Part shown: positions 1 through 9,411 of the stretch, piece by piece
Position numbering within the stretch: position 1 is the stretch's first letter
Layout of the letters: every line of letters begins with the position of its first letter
Assembly: GCA_038128265.1 (NCBI GenBank)
Contig: JAYPJE010000003.1
Location: 1 to 64,000 of the forward strand
Origin: Gemmatimonadota bacterium
GTDB taxonomy: Bacteria; Latescibacterota; UBA2968; UBA8231
DNA: 64,000 nucleotides
Reading direction: 5' to 3'
Translations under genes and position numbers: made by a program
The notes under the pieces: model-generated
Seen by the model: only the letters and a program-made list of their open reading frames with translations
Told to the model about the DNA's origin: nothing
Databases searched by the model: none

Positions 1-45
1 ATCAAGCTTGGAAGGCTTGCGCTCTGCCAACTGAGCTACTCCCGC
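1..45 (-). tRNA. tRNA-Gly(TCC), 5' part; 3' end lies outside the window
   Basis: Reverse complement reads GCGGGAGTAGCTCAGTTGGCAGAGCGCAAGCCTTCCAAGCTTGAT: acceptor 5' strand, D-arm and anticodon stem CAAGC/GCTTG with loop CTTCCAA. Confidence 0.93.
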
Positions 46-89
46 ACACGCAGTTTTATCCAACGTGCCAATCTCTTGACAGACCGATA

Positions 90-118
90 AAGATAGGACT
101 GCAATTTTAGTCTGTCAA
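90..118 (-). promoter_or_regulatory. sigma70-type promoter for tRNA-Gly
   Basis: Minus strand TTGACA-17 nt-TATCTT upstream of the tRNA 5' end. Confidence 0.65.
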
Positions 119-131
119 GACATACACAAAT

Positions 132-168
132 TATGGCGACGCCCCACGTTGGGTGGAACGCCGCCATA
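132..168 (-). terminator. Imperfect hairpin downstream of the zinc-finger gene, possible terminator
   Basis: TATGGCG...CCAC/GTGG...CGCCATA stem; weak U-tract. Confidence 0.4.
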
Positions 169-196
169 TAACCGCCGGGTATTTTCGGGGCGCGCG

Positions 197-598
197 CTAG
201 GCGCTGCGCCGCTGACCCGATGAGGCCTGTTTGGGCAGATAATACTCGCTCATATAGTGCTTTTTACAGAAGCCGCGAGAGGAGTGCTTTTCGGGGCAAT
301 CGGGCACTATACACAGTTTGCGGCCGTAGATGCGCTCACGCTCCGGCGTCAGACGCCCGTAGCGACGCACCTGCTGGTAGTGGCGAAAACAATATCCCTT
401 GGCGGCCTGCTCTTCGCCACACCCCTGCACGACGCACCCACTGCCGCGCTTGCCGTATTCGCGCTCCGGCGTCAAACGTCCGTGCCTGCGCATCTGTTGG
501 TAGTGGCGCGGACAAAAGCCGGATGTGCGCGCGTCCATCTCGCATCCGTCTGCGCTGCACAGGATATGCCACGTCGCTTTGAGTATCTTGTCTTCCAT
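197..598 (-). CDS. Small basic protein with three tandem C-x4-C-x9-C-x2-H putative zinc-finger repeats
   Basis: CSADGC..GFCPRHY, CVVQGC..GYCFRHY, CIVPDC..GFCKKHY; linker GRLTPERE occurs twice; purine-rich RBS (AAGGGG) upstream. Confidence 0.8.
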   Translation of the reverse strand: MEDKILKATWHILCSADGCEMDARTSGFCPRHYQQMRRHGRLTPEREYGKRGSGCVVQGCGEEQAAKGYCFRHYQQVRRYGRLTPERERIYGRKLCIVPDCPEKHSSRGFCKKHYMSEYYLPKQASSGQRRSA

Positions 599-647
599 GG
601 TCGCCCCTTCTCTGAGTGAGATCCGCTCAATTCAACAACCCCACTTT

Positions 648-664
648 AGCAAAGGGCGTACCGC
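648..664 (-). promoter_or_regulatory. sigma54 (-24/-12) promoter for the zinc-finger gene
   Basis: Minus strand CGGTACGCCCTTTGCT = GG-N10-GC, close to TGGCACG-N4-TTGCW, about 50 bp before the ATG at 598. Confidence 0.75.
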
Positions 665-702
665 ACGGGAGAAATGAGAAGGTGAATGCCTTTTGAAATT
701 CA

Positions 703-715
703 TAAAAAATTGTTT
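703..715 (-). promoter_or_regulatory. IHF-like site between enhancer and sigma54 promoter
   Basis: AAACAATTTTTTA, one mismatch to WATCAANNNNTTR, inside an AT-rich tract. Confidence 0.5.
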
Positions 716-774
716 TTAAAAATTTTACATCTTCTATAACCGAGCGCATGACCGGAGCGCACGAAAAAAGCTAA

Positions 775-888
775 TCTCATATTTGAGACCAGTCGATTCG
801 GGTAATACACACTGAGTCCCTATTTTTCACGAAATAAAGGGGGGTTATGCTCGATCTCAATTATGAGACAAATATCTCAGATTTGATA
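775..888. promoter_or_regulatory. Three enhancer-like dyads TCTCA-N4-TGAGA
   Basis: 775-788 TCTCATATTTGAGA, 855-868 TCTCAATTATGAGA, 875-888 TCTCAGATTTGATA; 110-225 bp upstream of the -24 element. Confidence 0.7.
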
Positions 889-3259
889 CTTCACGCAGCA
901 AATCGTGCTCCCTCAACCGCCGGTACAACGTCGCTCTGCTGATGCCAAGCCGTCCCGCCGCCTTGACCACGTCTCCCTCTTCCGCGCGCAGTGCTTCCAA
1001 ATACAGCCTGCGCACGGCTTCTCGATGGCTCTTTTGCGCCATTTCAAAGCCGGAGTCTTCCACACCACCGACCAACGCCGCCTCCTGCAGCAGCCCCGGC
1101 GGCAAATCTTCCAGTGCAATGGTCCTGTCTTTTACCAGTGCAACAGCGTGCTCGACTACGTTCTCAAGTTCGCGCACATTGCCCGGCCACTGGTAGCGCC
1201 CCAGCAGCTGTAGGGTTTCGGGAGCGACGCGCGTGACGACTTTGCCGTTGCGCTCGGCAAACGCATGCACAAAGCGCTCGACAAAGAGCGGTATATCTTC
1301 CCGGCGCTCTCTGAGAGGAGGCACTTCCAGCGCAATCACATTGAGACGGTAGAGTAGATCCCGGCGAAAGCCCCCTCCTTCGGCTTCGCGGTGCAAGTCG
1401 CGGTTGGTGGCCGCAATCAGGCGACAGTCAATTGGGATCGTCCGATCCCCGCCAACGCGAACGATCGTCTTTTCCTGCAAGACGCGCAGTAGCTTCACCT
1501 GCACTTCGGGAGGAATCTCGCCGATTTCATCGAGAAAGATCGTTCCGCCGCTGGCCAATTCAAACTTGCCCAGACGCCCCTTTTTGCTGGCCCCCGTGAA
1601 GGCCCCTTCAACGTAGCCGAAGAGCTCGCTCTCGATGAGATCGCGCGGCAGGGCGGCGCAGTTGACCGCAAGAAAAGGCCCTTCGCTAAAAGCGCTCGCG
1701 TTGTGAATTGCCTGGGCGAATACCTCTTTGCCGGTACCAGTCTCCCCCTGAATAAGAATATTGGAGCTCGTCCCGGCCGCGATCCGGGCCAGTTCCTTCG
1801 CTTTTTCCATTACCGAGCTGTTGCCGATAATATCCTCGAAGGAGTAGGTGCGCTGAACGCCAATAACCCTGTTTACCAGGCGCCCCACTTCACCCATCTC
1901 GCGAAAAGTGAGCACCGCACCAGTCGTACGCGCTTCGCCGTCCATCACAGGTTGCAGATTGGCCATGACGGCGACAGCCCCTACGGCAGTGCGCAGCGTT
2001 ATCACTCTATTGTTGAACTGCCCTCCCTCGTTCAGCCACGAGCGCAGCGGCGGCTTGTCCTCGACCAAATCGTCTGCGCGCACGCGCTCGTCAACAGCAA
2101 TGCGACGGCCGAGAATGCGGGCAGCAACCGCGTTGATCTCCTCGACGTAGCCGCCGCTATCAATGGCAATCAATCCGTCCGAAATGGACTGCAACAGAGC
2201 TTGGGAACGGCTGTAGAGCTGCCTGAGCTGTGCTCCCTGCTGCTTTTCGCTACGCACCAGTTCCTGCAAGCGCCCCGTCAAGCGAATGTCTTCAATTTCT
2301 GCGGCGATCTGGCTAGAGAGGGCAAATAACATGCTGAGATCGTCTATACTGAAGCGGCGGCGCTCCGTTCCCAGCGGGGCAATTTTATCAAAGAGCGTCA
2401 GCGTGCCGACGATGCGATCTTCCAGGACCAGCGGCACGCAGACCATCGACGCGCCCAAGTCCTGCGGATTGTGCGGCGCCCTAACATCGTCTATCATGAT
2501 CGGCTCGCCGGTCGCAGCGACGTATTCGGCAATGCGCTTTTCGCATTGGAGATCCAGCTCGTTTTCCGTTTCGATAACCACCGTTGCCAGGGCGAGCGAG
2601 CCGTCCTCGACCAGCAGGCGGATGGCGGCCCCTTTTGCCTGCAGCACGTCAGCGGCCAAGCTGGCAATCAGTTCCAGCGACTCGTCTAATCCCAGCCCAG
2701 AATTCATCGCCTGCCCCAGCTCGTTGAGCGCCTGCACTTCACCAGAACGCCGTTCCATGGTCTGGTGCACGTCGACGGCGTTGAGCAGCGCGACAACAAG
2801 GCTGCGCGCAGCCTGCAGTGCCTCCACTTCGCTAGCGCTATAGCGGCGCACAGCCACGCTTTGCAGGTTTATTACGCCGCGCAGCGCGCCACCGTCTTCA
2901 ATCGGCACGGCAATAATGCTGGCGTAGCTATTGGCTCGCGCCGAACGCGCCAATACGGCAGCGCGCGGATCGCGCCCCATGTGCGGAACCTGAAGAATTT
3001 TACCGTGGAGTCCTGCCGCGCCGGTGATACCCTGGCCGAGCCGCAGACGAGTCGCCTGCCCCTGCCCATCGCCATGCGCCGCGCTCAGAACAAGTTCGTC
3101 CGTGCGCCCATCAAGCCGATAGAACGCACAAAAATCGGCACCGAAAGCCTCGGCAAAGAAGCGCACGAATGCCGTTAGGCTGGTTTGATCCGGGGAGGCA
3201 ATATGGTCCAGCGTCTGGCGCCACAGTGTGCGCTCTATGTTGAGCGGCTCATTTTCCAT
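857..3259 (-). CDS. sigma54-dependent transcriptional activator (GAF-GAF-PAS-AAA+-Fis HTH)
   Basis: GETGTGKE Walker A, ESELFG, GAFTGA, FLDEIGE, WPGNVRELEN, C-terminal LGISRATLYRRL; two GAF-like and one PAS-like N-terminal segments. ATG at 3259 preferred over TTG at 3268. Confidence 0.95.
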   Translation of the reverse strand: MENEPLNIERTLWRQTLDHIASPDQTSLTAFVRFFAEAFGADFCAFYRLDGRTDELVLSAAHGDGQGQATRLRLGQGITGAAGLHGKILQVPHMGRDPRAAVLARSARANSYASIIAVPIEDGGALRGVINLQSVAVRRYSASEVEALQAARSLVVALLNAVDVHQTMERRSGEVQALNELGQAMNSGLGLDESLELIASLAADVLQAKGAAIRLLVEDGSLALATVVIETENELDLQCEKRIAEYVAATGEPIMIDDVRAPHNPQDLGASMVCVPLVLEDRIVGTLTLFDKIAPLGTERRRFSIDDLSMLFALSSQIAAEIEDIRLTGRLQELVRSEKQQGAQLRQLYSRSQALLQSISDGLIAIDSGGYVEEINAVAARILGRRIAVDERVRADDLVEDKPPLRSWLNEGGQFNNRVITLRTAVGAVAVMANLQPVMDGEARTTGAVLTFREMGEVGRLVNRVIGVQRTYSFEDIIGNSSVMEKAKELARIAAGTSSNILIQGETGTGKEVFAQAIHNASAFSEGPFLAVNCAALPRDLIESELFGYVEGAFTGASKKGRLGKFELASGGTIFLDEIGEIPPEVQVKLLRVLQEKTIVRVGGDRTIPIDCRLIAATNRDLHREAEGGGFRRDLLYRLNVIALEVPPLRERREDIPLFVERFVHAFAERNGKVVTRVAPETLQLLGRYQWPGNVRELENVVEHAVALVKDRTIALEDLPPGLLQEAALVGGVEDSGFEMAQKSHREAVRRLYLEALRAEEGDVVKAAGRLGISRATLYRRLREHDLLREVSNLRYLSHN

Positions 3260-3270
3260 GCGTCGCAATA

Positions 3271-3301
3271 AAAAAACTCCCGGAGCCTGCGCCCCGGGAG
3301 T
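3271..3301 (-). terminator. Intrinsic terminator after greA
   Basis: Minus strand ACTCCCGGGGC-GCAG-GCTCCGGGAGT followed by a T-run. Confidence 0.7.
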
Positions 3302-3324
3302 CAGTATGGAAATAATCGGGGGGG

Positions 3325-3795
3325 CTAACGACTGATCTTAACAATTCGATAGTGCAATAGGCCCGCCGGCACCTGAATCTCGACTTCTTCCCCCTCTGAA
3401 TGGCCGAGCAATCCTTTACCGATGGGCGATGTCGTAGAGATTTTCCCCGCATCAAAGTCGGCTTCTTCCGGAGCGACAAGCATATAGGTCAATTCGCGGT
3501 CTTTTTTCAGATCGACCAACTCGACTGTGGCCCCAATATACACCTTGTCTTCTGGTATGGCCTCGTTCTCCAGCAGCGTCGCACGACTGAGCGTATCTTC
3601 CAGCTTGTTTATGCGCTGCTCAAGGAACATCAGGCGCTCTTTGGCGGCCGAATATTCGGCATTCTCCGACAGGTCACCAAACTCGCGCGCGCGCTGCAGC
3701 GCCTCGCGCACGGTGGGCCGCTCTTTTTCCTTTAGCTCTTTCAGCTCATCTTTGAGCTTCGCGTAACCATCTCGGGATAGGTATACTTCGCTCAT
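3325..3795 (-). CDS. greA: Transcription elongation factor GreA
   Basis: AREFGDLSENAEY and ISTTSPIGKGLLG motifs; ATG at 3795. Confidence 0.97.
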   Translation of the reverse strand: MSEVYLSRDGYAKLKDELKELKEKERPTVREALQRAREFGDLSENAEYSAAKERLMFLEQRINKLEDTLSRATLLENEAIPEDKVYIGATVELVDLKKDRELTYMLVAPEEADFDAGKISTTSPIGKGLLGHSEGEEVEIQVPAGLLHYRIVKISR

Positions 3796-3831
3796 TTCCG
3801 ACCTCAGCACGCAAGCGTATCCACATTATAT

Positions 3832-3911
3832 AAAAAGCGGAAGCGACTGTCGCTTCCGCCAAAAACACAACATCTGCGAGAGAATATAAATGGCCCCACA
3901 GACAAATGCAA
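3832..3911 (-). promoter_or_regulatory. greA promoter plus leader terminator (attenuator-like)
   Basis: TTGCAT-17-TATATT (3911-3883), then 10-bp stem GCGGAAGCGA/TCGCTTCCGC and TTTTT (3859-3832). Confidence 0.65.
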
Positions 3912-4006
3912 GGAATACTCAACGCCCATCCAGGCGTTTACCCGACCGATATAGCGCATTATATTTGACCCTCGACAACCCCTTTTATGCGCATCGCTAG
4001 CCATCC

Positions 4007-5272
4007 ATGACACGCACATTTTTACACTTCGCCGACCTGCACTTGGGCGTGGAGAATTACGGTCGAATCGACCCAGCAACCGGTTTGCACTCGCGCATCG
4101 AAGACTTTACACGCAGCTTGAGCATCGCCTTTGATTTCGCCATCGAGGAAAAAGTCGATCTGGTGGTCTTTGCCGGCGATGCCTACAAAACCTGCGACCC
4201 CAGCCCCACCCACCAGCGAGCCTTCGCACGCCAGCTTCGCCGCCTTCAGCAGGCGTCTATTCCCATCGTGCTCATCGTCGGCAACCACGACACGCCGGCG
4301 GCCTTTGGCAAAGCGACGTCCATCGATATTTTTGGCGCGTTGGAACTAGACAATACCCACGTCGTGCGCCGCCCGGAGCTGTTGACGCTCGATACGCGCA
4401 GCGGCCCCATCCAGATTGCTGGGCTACCCTGGCCAACGCGCAATATGCTGCGCACGCACGACGAGTACAAAAACCTATCGCAAGAAGATTTAAACGCGCA
4501 GATACAGGCTATCTGCGCCTCGCAAATCGACGAATTTGCCCGCTCGCTCGACCCGGATATACCGGCCATTCTGACGGCGCACATCGCCACCGCAGACGCC
4601 ACCTATTCAGGCAGCGAGCGCACCGCTCTTATCGGGCAAGATCCAACCCTGTTAACCAGCACGCTGGCCAACCCAGCTTTCGACTACGTGGCCCTCGGCC
4701 ATATCCACAAGTTTCAAGACTTGCACAGAAACAGCACGCCACCCGTCGTCTATTCGGGCAGCATTGAGCGCATCGACTTTGGCGAAGAGCGCGAGGAAAA
4801 GGGCTTCTGCATCGGCAGCATAGAACCCGCTGCAGACACGGCGCGCGGACGCACAACGCACTTCGAGTTTGTCCCAGTCCCCGCGCGCCGCTTTGTCACG
4901 ATTGAAGTCGACATTGTCGACGGCACGCCACCCACAGAGCAAATTACCCGCGCCATCGACACATCCGACATAGACGATGCCGTGGTCCGCGTGCTGTACA
5001 ACCTACCTTCCGGCATTGAAGAGCCCGTCGATCTCGAGCAGGTGCGTCGCGCGTTGGGCGCCGCATTCTACGTGGCTTCCATACAACCGCGCCTGCTCCC
5101 CAGAGAGCGACCGCGCCGCACCGCGATCACCGAAGATCTCGCCCTGAGCGATGCGCTTGGACGCTATATCGACAACAACGACCACCTGAGCGAACGTCGC
5201 GAAGACCTGCTCAAGCGCGCACGCGAACTCGAACGCGCACTGGAGCTTAACTCAGCAGAGGATACGCCGTGA
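4007..5272 (+). CDS. sbcD: Exonuclease SbcD (Mre11-like)
   Basis: Metallophosphoesterase motifs DLHLG, AGD, GNHD, LGHIH and YSGSIERIDFGE. Confidence 0.95.
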   Translation: MTRTFLHFADLHLGVENYGRIDPATGLHSRIEDFTRSLSIAFDFAIEEKVDLVVFAGDAYKTCDPSPTHQRAFARQLRRLQQASIPIVLIVGNHDTPAAFGKATSIDIFGALELDNTHVVRRPELLTLDTRSGPIQIAGLPWPTRNMLRTHDEYKNLSQEDLNAQIQAICASQIDEFARSLDPDIPAILTAHIATADATYSGSERTALIGQDPTLLTSTLANPAFDYVALGHIHKFQDLHRNSTPPVVYSGSIERIDFGEEREEKGFCIGSIEPAADTARGRTTHFEFVPVPARRFVTIEVDIVDGTPPTEQITRAIDTSDIDDAVVRVLYNLPSGIEEPVDLEQVRRALGAAFYVASIQPRLLPRERPRRTAITEDLALSDALGRYIDNNDHLSERREDLLKRARELERALELNSAEDTP

Positions 5273-8200
5273 TTCCCGTATCCCTATCGCTGCGCAACTT
5301 TCTAAGCTACGGCGAAGAGGTACCCGCGCTCGACTTCACCGCGTTTCGCGTCGCCTGTCTGAGCGGAGACAACGGACACGGCAAATCGGCCATCCTAGAT
5401 GCGATGACCTATGCCCTATGGGGCGAAGCGCGCAAGAGCCAGCACGATCGCAAACCCGATGACGGCCTGCTGCGCATCGGCGCCAGCGAAATGCGAGTGG
5501 AGTTTTGCTTTGAACTAGACGAGCAGCGCTTTCGCGTATTGCGCAGCTACCGCAAGCGCAGCAGCAGGGGCTCGGCCCAGCTCGAGTTACAGGTTTACGA
5601 CCAGACCGACCAAGTATACCGCTCCCTCTCGGAAGGCGACTCGCTCACCCGCACCCAAGAGCGCATCAACCAGCTGCTCAGCATCGACTACGAAACCTTT
5701 GTCAATTCCGCTTTTATCGTGCAGGGACGCGCAGATGCATTCACGGAAAAGAACGCGCGTCAGCGCAAAGAAATCCTGGCGCAAATATTGGGTTTGGAGC
5801 GCTACGACCGGCTGCAGGCCCTTGCACGCAGTCGCTTCCAAACGCTCGACCAGCGCAACCGCGAACGCACGAAGCGCCTGGCTGAGCTCGACGACGAACT
5901 CGCCGAAAGCGAGCAGCACGCGCGTGAGCTCGCCCAGGTTACGCAGCATTTGGAACAGCTCGTCACCGCCATCGACAAGCGAGACGCTGACTTGGAGACG
6001 CTGCGCCAGAAGCAACTCAACCTACAAAGTGCGAGAGAGACCCAGCAGTCGGGCGAACGCGAGCGCAGCGAACTGGCCCAGCGCCTAGCGCAATTGGCCA
6101 AGGAGAGAGCACACCTAGAAAAACAACAGCGCGACGATGCCGAGTTGCTCAAGGCCGAGCAAGATATTCAGCGCGACTTCTCCAACTATCAAAAGCTGCA
6201 GCTTCAGGTCGTAGAATTCGATCGCGCCATGCACGCACTGCGCGACCTGGAAACGCGCCGCAGCGACGTGCGTGCACACATCACCACGGCACGACACGAA
6301 GTAGAACAGCGACTGCAAACTCACGCGGCCCAGCGCGACAGCTACGAAAACCAGCTCGGTGAAATTAGGACCCTACTAGCCAAAGAAGACCAGGTTCAGC
6401 AGGCCTTCGGCGAATTGGAGAGTCTGCGCAAGAAACTAGGGCTACTCGAAGCGCAACGCGTGCGCCACGAAGCCCTACGCCACGAGCATGTTCAGCTGGA
6501 ACACGCCATTGCCATGCAGCGCCAAGACATCGGCAACCAGCGCAGCCACGTCGAAAAGCAGCTCGCCCAGCTCACCGCGGCAACGGCCGAAGAGGGCACT
6601 CTCAGAAGCCAGTTACAGCAGCTGGAGGGCGAAGTGGATTCCCTGCAGCTACAGGCAGCCGAACGCGACCGTCTAAAGGAGCGCGGCAGTGCGCTGCGCG
6701 CACAAATCGACGAACAGCGCAAGCAGTTGGCTGAAGCGCAGCACACCTTAGAGACCGAGCGCCAGAGCACCGCAGAGGCTAAGGAGCGCGCCGAAGATCG
6801 CTGTCCCCTGTGCGGCAGCGCACTCGACGAAGCACATCGCAAACAGCTAGACGAAGAGCTCGAGCGCGTAGAGCGCGAACAGGAAACGCGCATTGCCGAG
6901 CTGGCCACATCGGCCGACCGACTCGAAGAAGAGCTGACCGGCATGCGCTCAAACTACCGGTCGCTGGAAGAGTACACCGCCCCGTTAGAAGGTCGGCGCA
7001 GTGCGCTCAACGAATGCCGTATCCGACTGCAGCAACTCGACCAGCAGCAGCGCGAAGCGCAGGCGTTAACCGCGACGATTACTTCCCTGGGCGACCAACT
7101 GGAGCAGTGTGCCGCAGACGAGCGCGCTCGTTTAAAACAGGTGGAGACCGAGCTGGCGACGCTGTCGTACCGCCCAGCGGACTACGCGCGCCTGCAGCAG
7201 CGCGCAGAGGAAATGCGCCAAGCCGAGCTAGACCATGCGCGCCTTCAGAACGCCCGTGCGCAGGCCAATGAGCTGATGGGCCAGCGCGACGAGGCCAACA
7301 AGAAAATGGAGGCCGCCCAGCAGTATCTTCTCGACAAGCTGTACGCCAAGGCAGAACAAGAGCGGCTAGCCGATTTAGAGCGCGAAATAACGGCGCTCGC
7401 CTACGACGGCGATGCCCATGCCCGGCTGCGCAAAGACCTAGATGCACTGAGCGAAGTCTTCACGCTGCAAAACAATCTCCAGGCGGCACGCGAGCGGCGT
7501 GCCAGCACGAGCGAGGCCCTCAACCGCACCGCGCAGCAGGTTTCGGAACTAAACGAGCGCACCAACCAACTCGACCAGCAGCTAAGCGATGCGCAGCGCA
7601 CCGTTGCCGCCCTCTCTCCGGTAGAGCAGGAACTGGCGCAGCTATCGCAAGAGCAGACGGCGGAACGCCAGCAGCGCGATGCGCTGATCGAACGGCGAGG
7701 ATCGCTGCGCACGCTCTGCGAACGCGAAGAACGCCTGACCAAAGAACGCGACGACATGCAGCGGGCAATGCAGGGAGATCGCGATGATACTTGGATATAC
7801 GGATCGCTCGACGAGGCCTTCGGCAAGGACGGCATTCAGGCGCTTATTATCGAAAGCGCCGTCCCGCAAATTGAAAGCGAAGCCAACGCCCTGCTCGCTC
7901 GCCTTACGGACAATCGCATACAAATTTCGATCGAATCTCTGCGCGACTTAAAAACGGGTGGCACGCGCGAAACCCTCGATATTAAAATAGCGGATGAACT
8001 GGGCGAACGCCCTTATCACCTATACTCGGGCGGCGAGGCGTTTCGCACCAACTTTGCCTTGCGGATTGCCCTCTCCAAAGTGCTGGCCATCCGCGCCGGC
8101 ACCCAGCTGCGCACGCTGGTCATCGACGAGGGATTTGGCACGCAAGACAGCGCGGGCATAGAACAGCTTGTCGAGGCCATTCAGGAAGTAAGCCGCGACT

Positions 8201-8319
8201 TCGACAAGGTGTTGGTCGTGACTCACCTGCCCGAGCTCAAAAAAGTATTTCCCGTGCAGATTGAAGTCGTAAAACATCCGGATATTGGCTCGCGCTTTAC
8301 CGTGATCGACAATAGCTGA
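5269..8319 (+). CDS. sbcC: SMC-family ATPase SbcC (Rad50-like)
   Basis: GDNGHGKS Walker A, long coiled coil with central CPLC hook, SGGE signature, LVIDEGFG Walker B; GTGA overlap with sbcD. Confidence 0.95.
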   Translation: MIPVSLSLRNFLSYGEEVPALDFTAFRVACLSGDNGHGKSAILDAMTYALWGEARKSQHDRKPDDGLLRIGASEMRVEFCFELDEQRFRVLRSYRKRSSRGSAQLELQVYDQTDQVYRSLSEGDSLTRTQERINQLLSIDYETFVNSAFIVQGRADAFTEKNARQRKEILAQILGLERYDRLQALARSRFQTLDQRNRERTKRLAELDDELAESEQHARELAQVTQHLEQLVTAIDKRDADLETLRQKQLNLQSARETQQSGERERSELAQRLAQLAKERAHLEKQQRDDAELLKAEQDIQRDFSNYQKLQLQVVEFDRAMHALRDLETRRSDVRAHITTARHEVEQRLQTHAAQRDSYENQLGEIRTLLAKEDQVQQAFGELESLRKKLGLLEAQRVRHEALRHEHVQLEHAIAMQRQDIGNQRSHVEKQLAQLTAATAEEGTLRSQLQQLEGEVDSLQLQAAERDRLKERGSALRAQIDEQRKQLAEAQHTLETERQSTAEAKERAEDRCPLCGSALDEAHRKQLDEELERVEREQETRIAELATSADRLEEELTGMRSNYRSLEEYTAPLEGRRSALNECRIRLQQLDQQQREAQALTATITSLGDQLEQCAADERARLKQVETELATLSYRPADYARLQQRAEEMRQAELDHARLQNARAQANELMGQRDEANKKMEAAQQYLLDKLYAKAEQERLADLEREITALAYDGDAHARLRKDLDALSEVFTLQNNLQAARERRASTSEALNRTAQQVSELNERTNQLDQQLSDAQRTVAALSPVEQELAQLSQEQTAERQQRDALIERRGSLRTLCEREERLTKERDDMQRAMQGDRDDTWIYGSLDEAFGKDGIQALIIESAVPQIESEANALLARLTDNRIQISIESLRDLKTGGTRETLDIKIADELGERPYHLYSGGEAFRTNFALRIALSKVLAIRAGTQLRTLVIDEGFGTQDSAGIEQLVEAIQEVSRDFDKVLVVTHLPELKKVFPVQIEVVKHPDIGSRFTVIDNS

Positions 8320-8356
8320 GCCTGTAGATCACATCATCGTCAACATTGGAGGAAGC

Positions 8357-9406
8357 TTGACTACACACGCGCTGCGCGACGTCTTAACGGAACAAGGTGC
8401 CCAGTGGGATCAACACATTGACGGCGCATCGGCACCGTGCGACTACGGCGATTCCACCGCCGAATACGCAGCCGTGACACAGCGCGCGGGCCTGCACTAC
8501 ATCGGGCATTGGGGACGCCTGCTGTTTGGCGGAGCGGACTACATCGACTTTCTCCACCGCATGACGACCAACCATTTTGTCAATCTACAAAACGGCGCCG
8601 GACTGCAGGCCGTATTCACGGAAAACCGCGGACGTATTGTCGATGTTGGTGCGTTCTATCGCAGAGATGGACACACCCTTGCCGTCGTTAGCCCCGCCGC
8701 GCGCCAATCTCTTCCCGCCTGGCTAGATCGCTTTATTTTTTCTGAAGACATAACAATTGAGGACATCGGCGAGGCGACTTCGGCATTCGACATTATGGGC
8801 CCTGAAGCACTAGCCCTGGCCAGCCAGGTGCTGAACCTACCATCCGAACCATCCGCGCCGCACCAGCTGGTTGATTGCCCTTCGCACCCATCTATGTGGC
8901 TCTCCGCACTAGCCGACCCTTCGGCGGGCCTGCGCCTAATAGGCACACCGGATATACTGGCCGCGCTCTGGCGTGCCTTAGGTGCAGCTGGCGCACACCC
9001 CATCGGCGAACGGACGTGGAACGTCCGCCGCATTGAACTCGGCATTCCACTGGCCGACGGCGAGCTAAACGACGAGCATAACCCGTGGGAAGCCGGCCTT
9101 GGCGAGGCAATCCACATGAACAAGGGCTGCTATATCGGACAAGAGGTCATCGCACGCTTGGACACCTACGACAAGATCAAACAGCATTTAGTTGGCCTGG
9201 TCGTCTCTGCGGCGGCACCGCTTCCGGCCGGCACCCAATTATTCAGCGACAACGCCGCCGTCGGCACCGTTACCTCTAGCGCGCTTTCGCCCAGCTTTGG
9301 CCCGATTGCCCTCGCCTATGTGCGCCGCGCCCACGCCGCGCCCGGCACCCAGCTGTCTCTGGCCGGGGACAAGGGCACGGCTACCGTGCAGGCGCTGCCC
9401 TTCTAG
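8357..9406 (+). CDS. ygfZ: YgfZ/GcvT-family folate-binding protein
   Basis: Signature KGCYIGQE; GGAGG RBS before TTG start. Confidence 0.88.
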   Translation: MTTHALRDVLTEQGAQWDQHIDGASAPCDYGDSTAEYAAVTQRAGLHYIGHWGRLLFGGADYIDFLHRMTTNHFVNLQNGAGLQAVFTENRGRIVDVGAFYRRDGHTLAVVSPAARQSLPAWLDRFIFSEDITIEDIGEATSAFDIMGPEALALASQVLNLPSEPSAPHQLVDCPSHPSMWLSALADPSAGLRLIGTPDILAALWRALGAAGAHPIGERTWNVRRIELGIPLADGELNDEHNPWEAGLGEAIHMNKGCYIGQEVIARLDTYDKIKQHLVGLVVSAAAPLPAGTQLFSDNAAVGTVTSSALSPSFGPIALAYVRRAHAAPGTQLSLAGDKGTATVQALPF

Positions 9407-9411
9407 CCGAG

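Noticed and set aside
55..71. TTGGCACG on the minus strand as a sigma54 promoter for the tRNA
   Set aside because: No GC at the -12 position; a good sigma70 promoter explains the tRNA.
1..600. tRNA-Gly as the boundary of an integrated element
   Set aside because: The window lies on the 5' side of the tRNA; no integrase or duplicated tRNA 3' end seen.
4007..8319. SMC ATPase plus nuclease as an anti-phage or anti-plasmid system (Wadjet/Lamassu)
   Set aside because: Zinc hook and Mre11-type partner identify ordinary SbcCD; no effector or kleisin genes.
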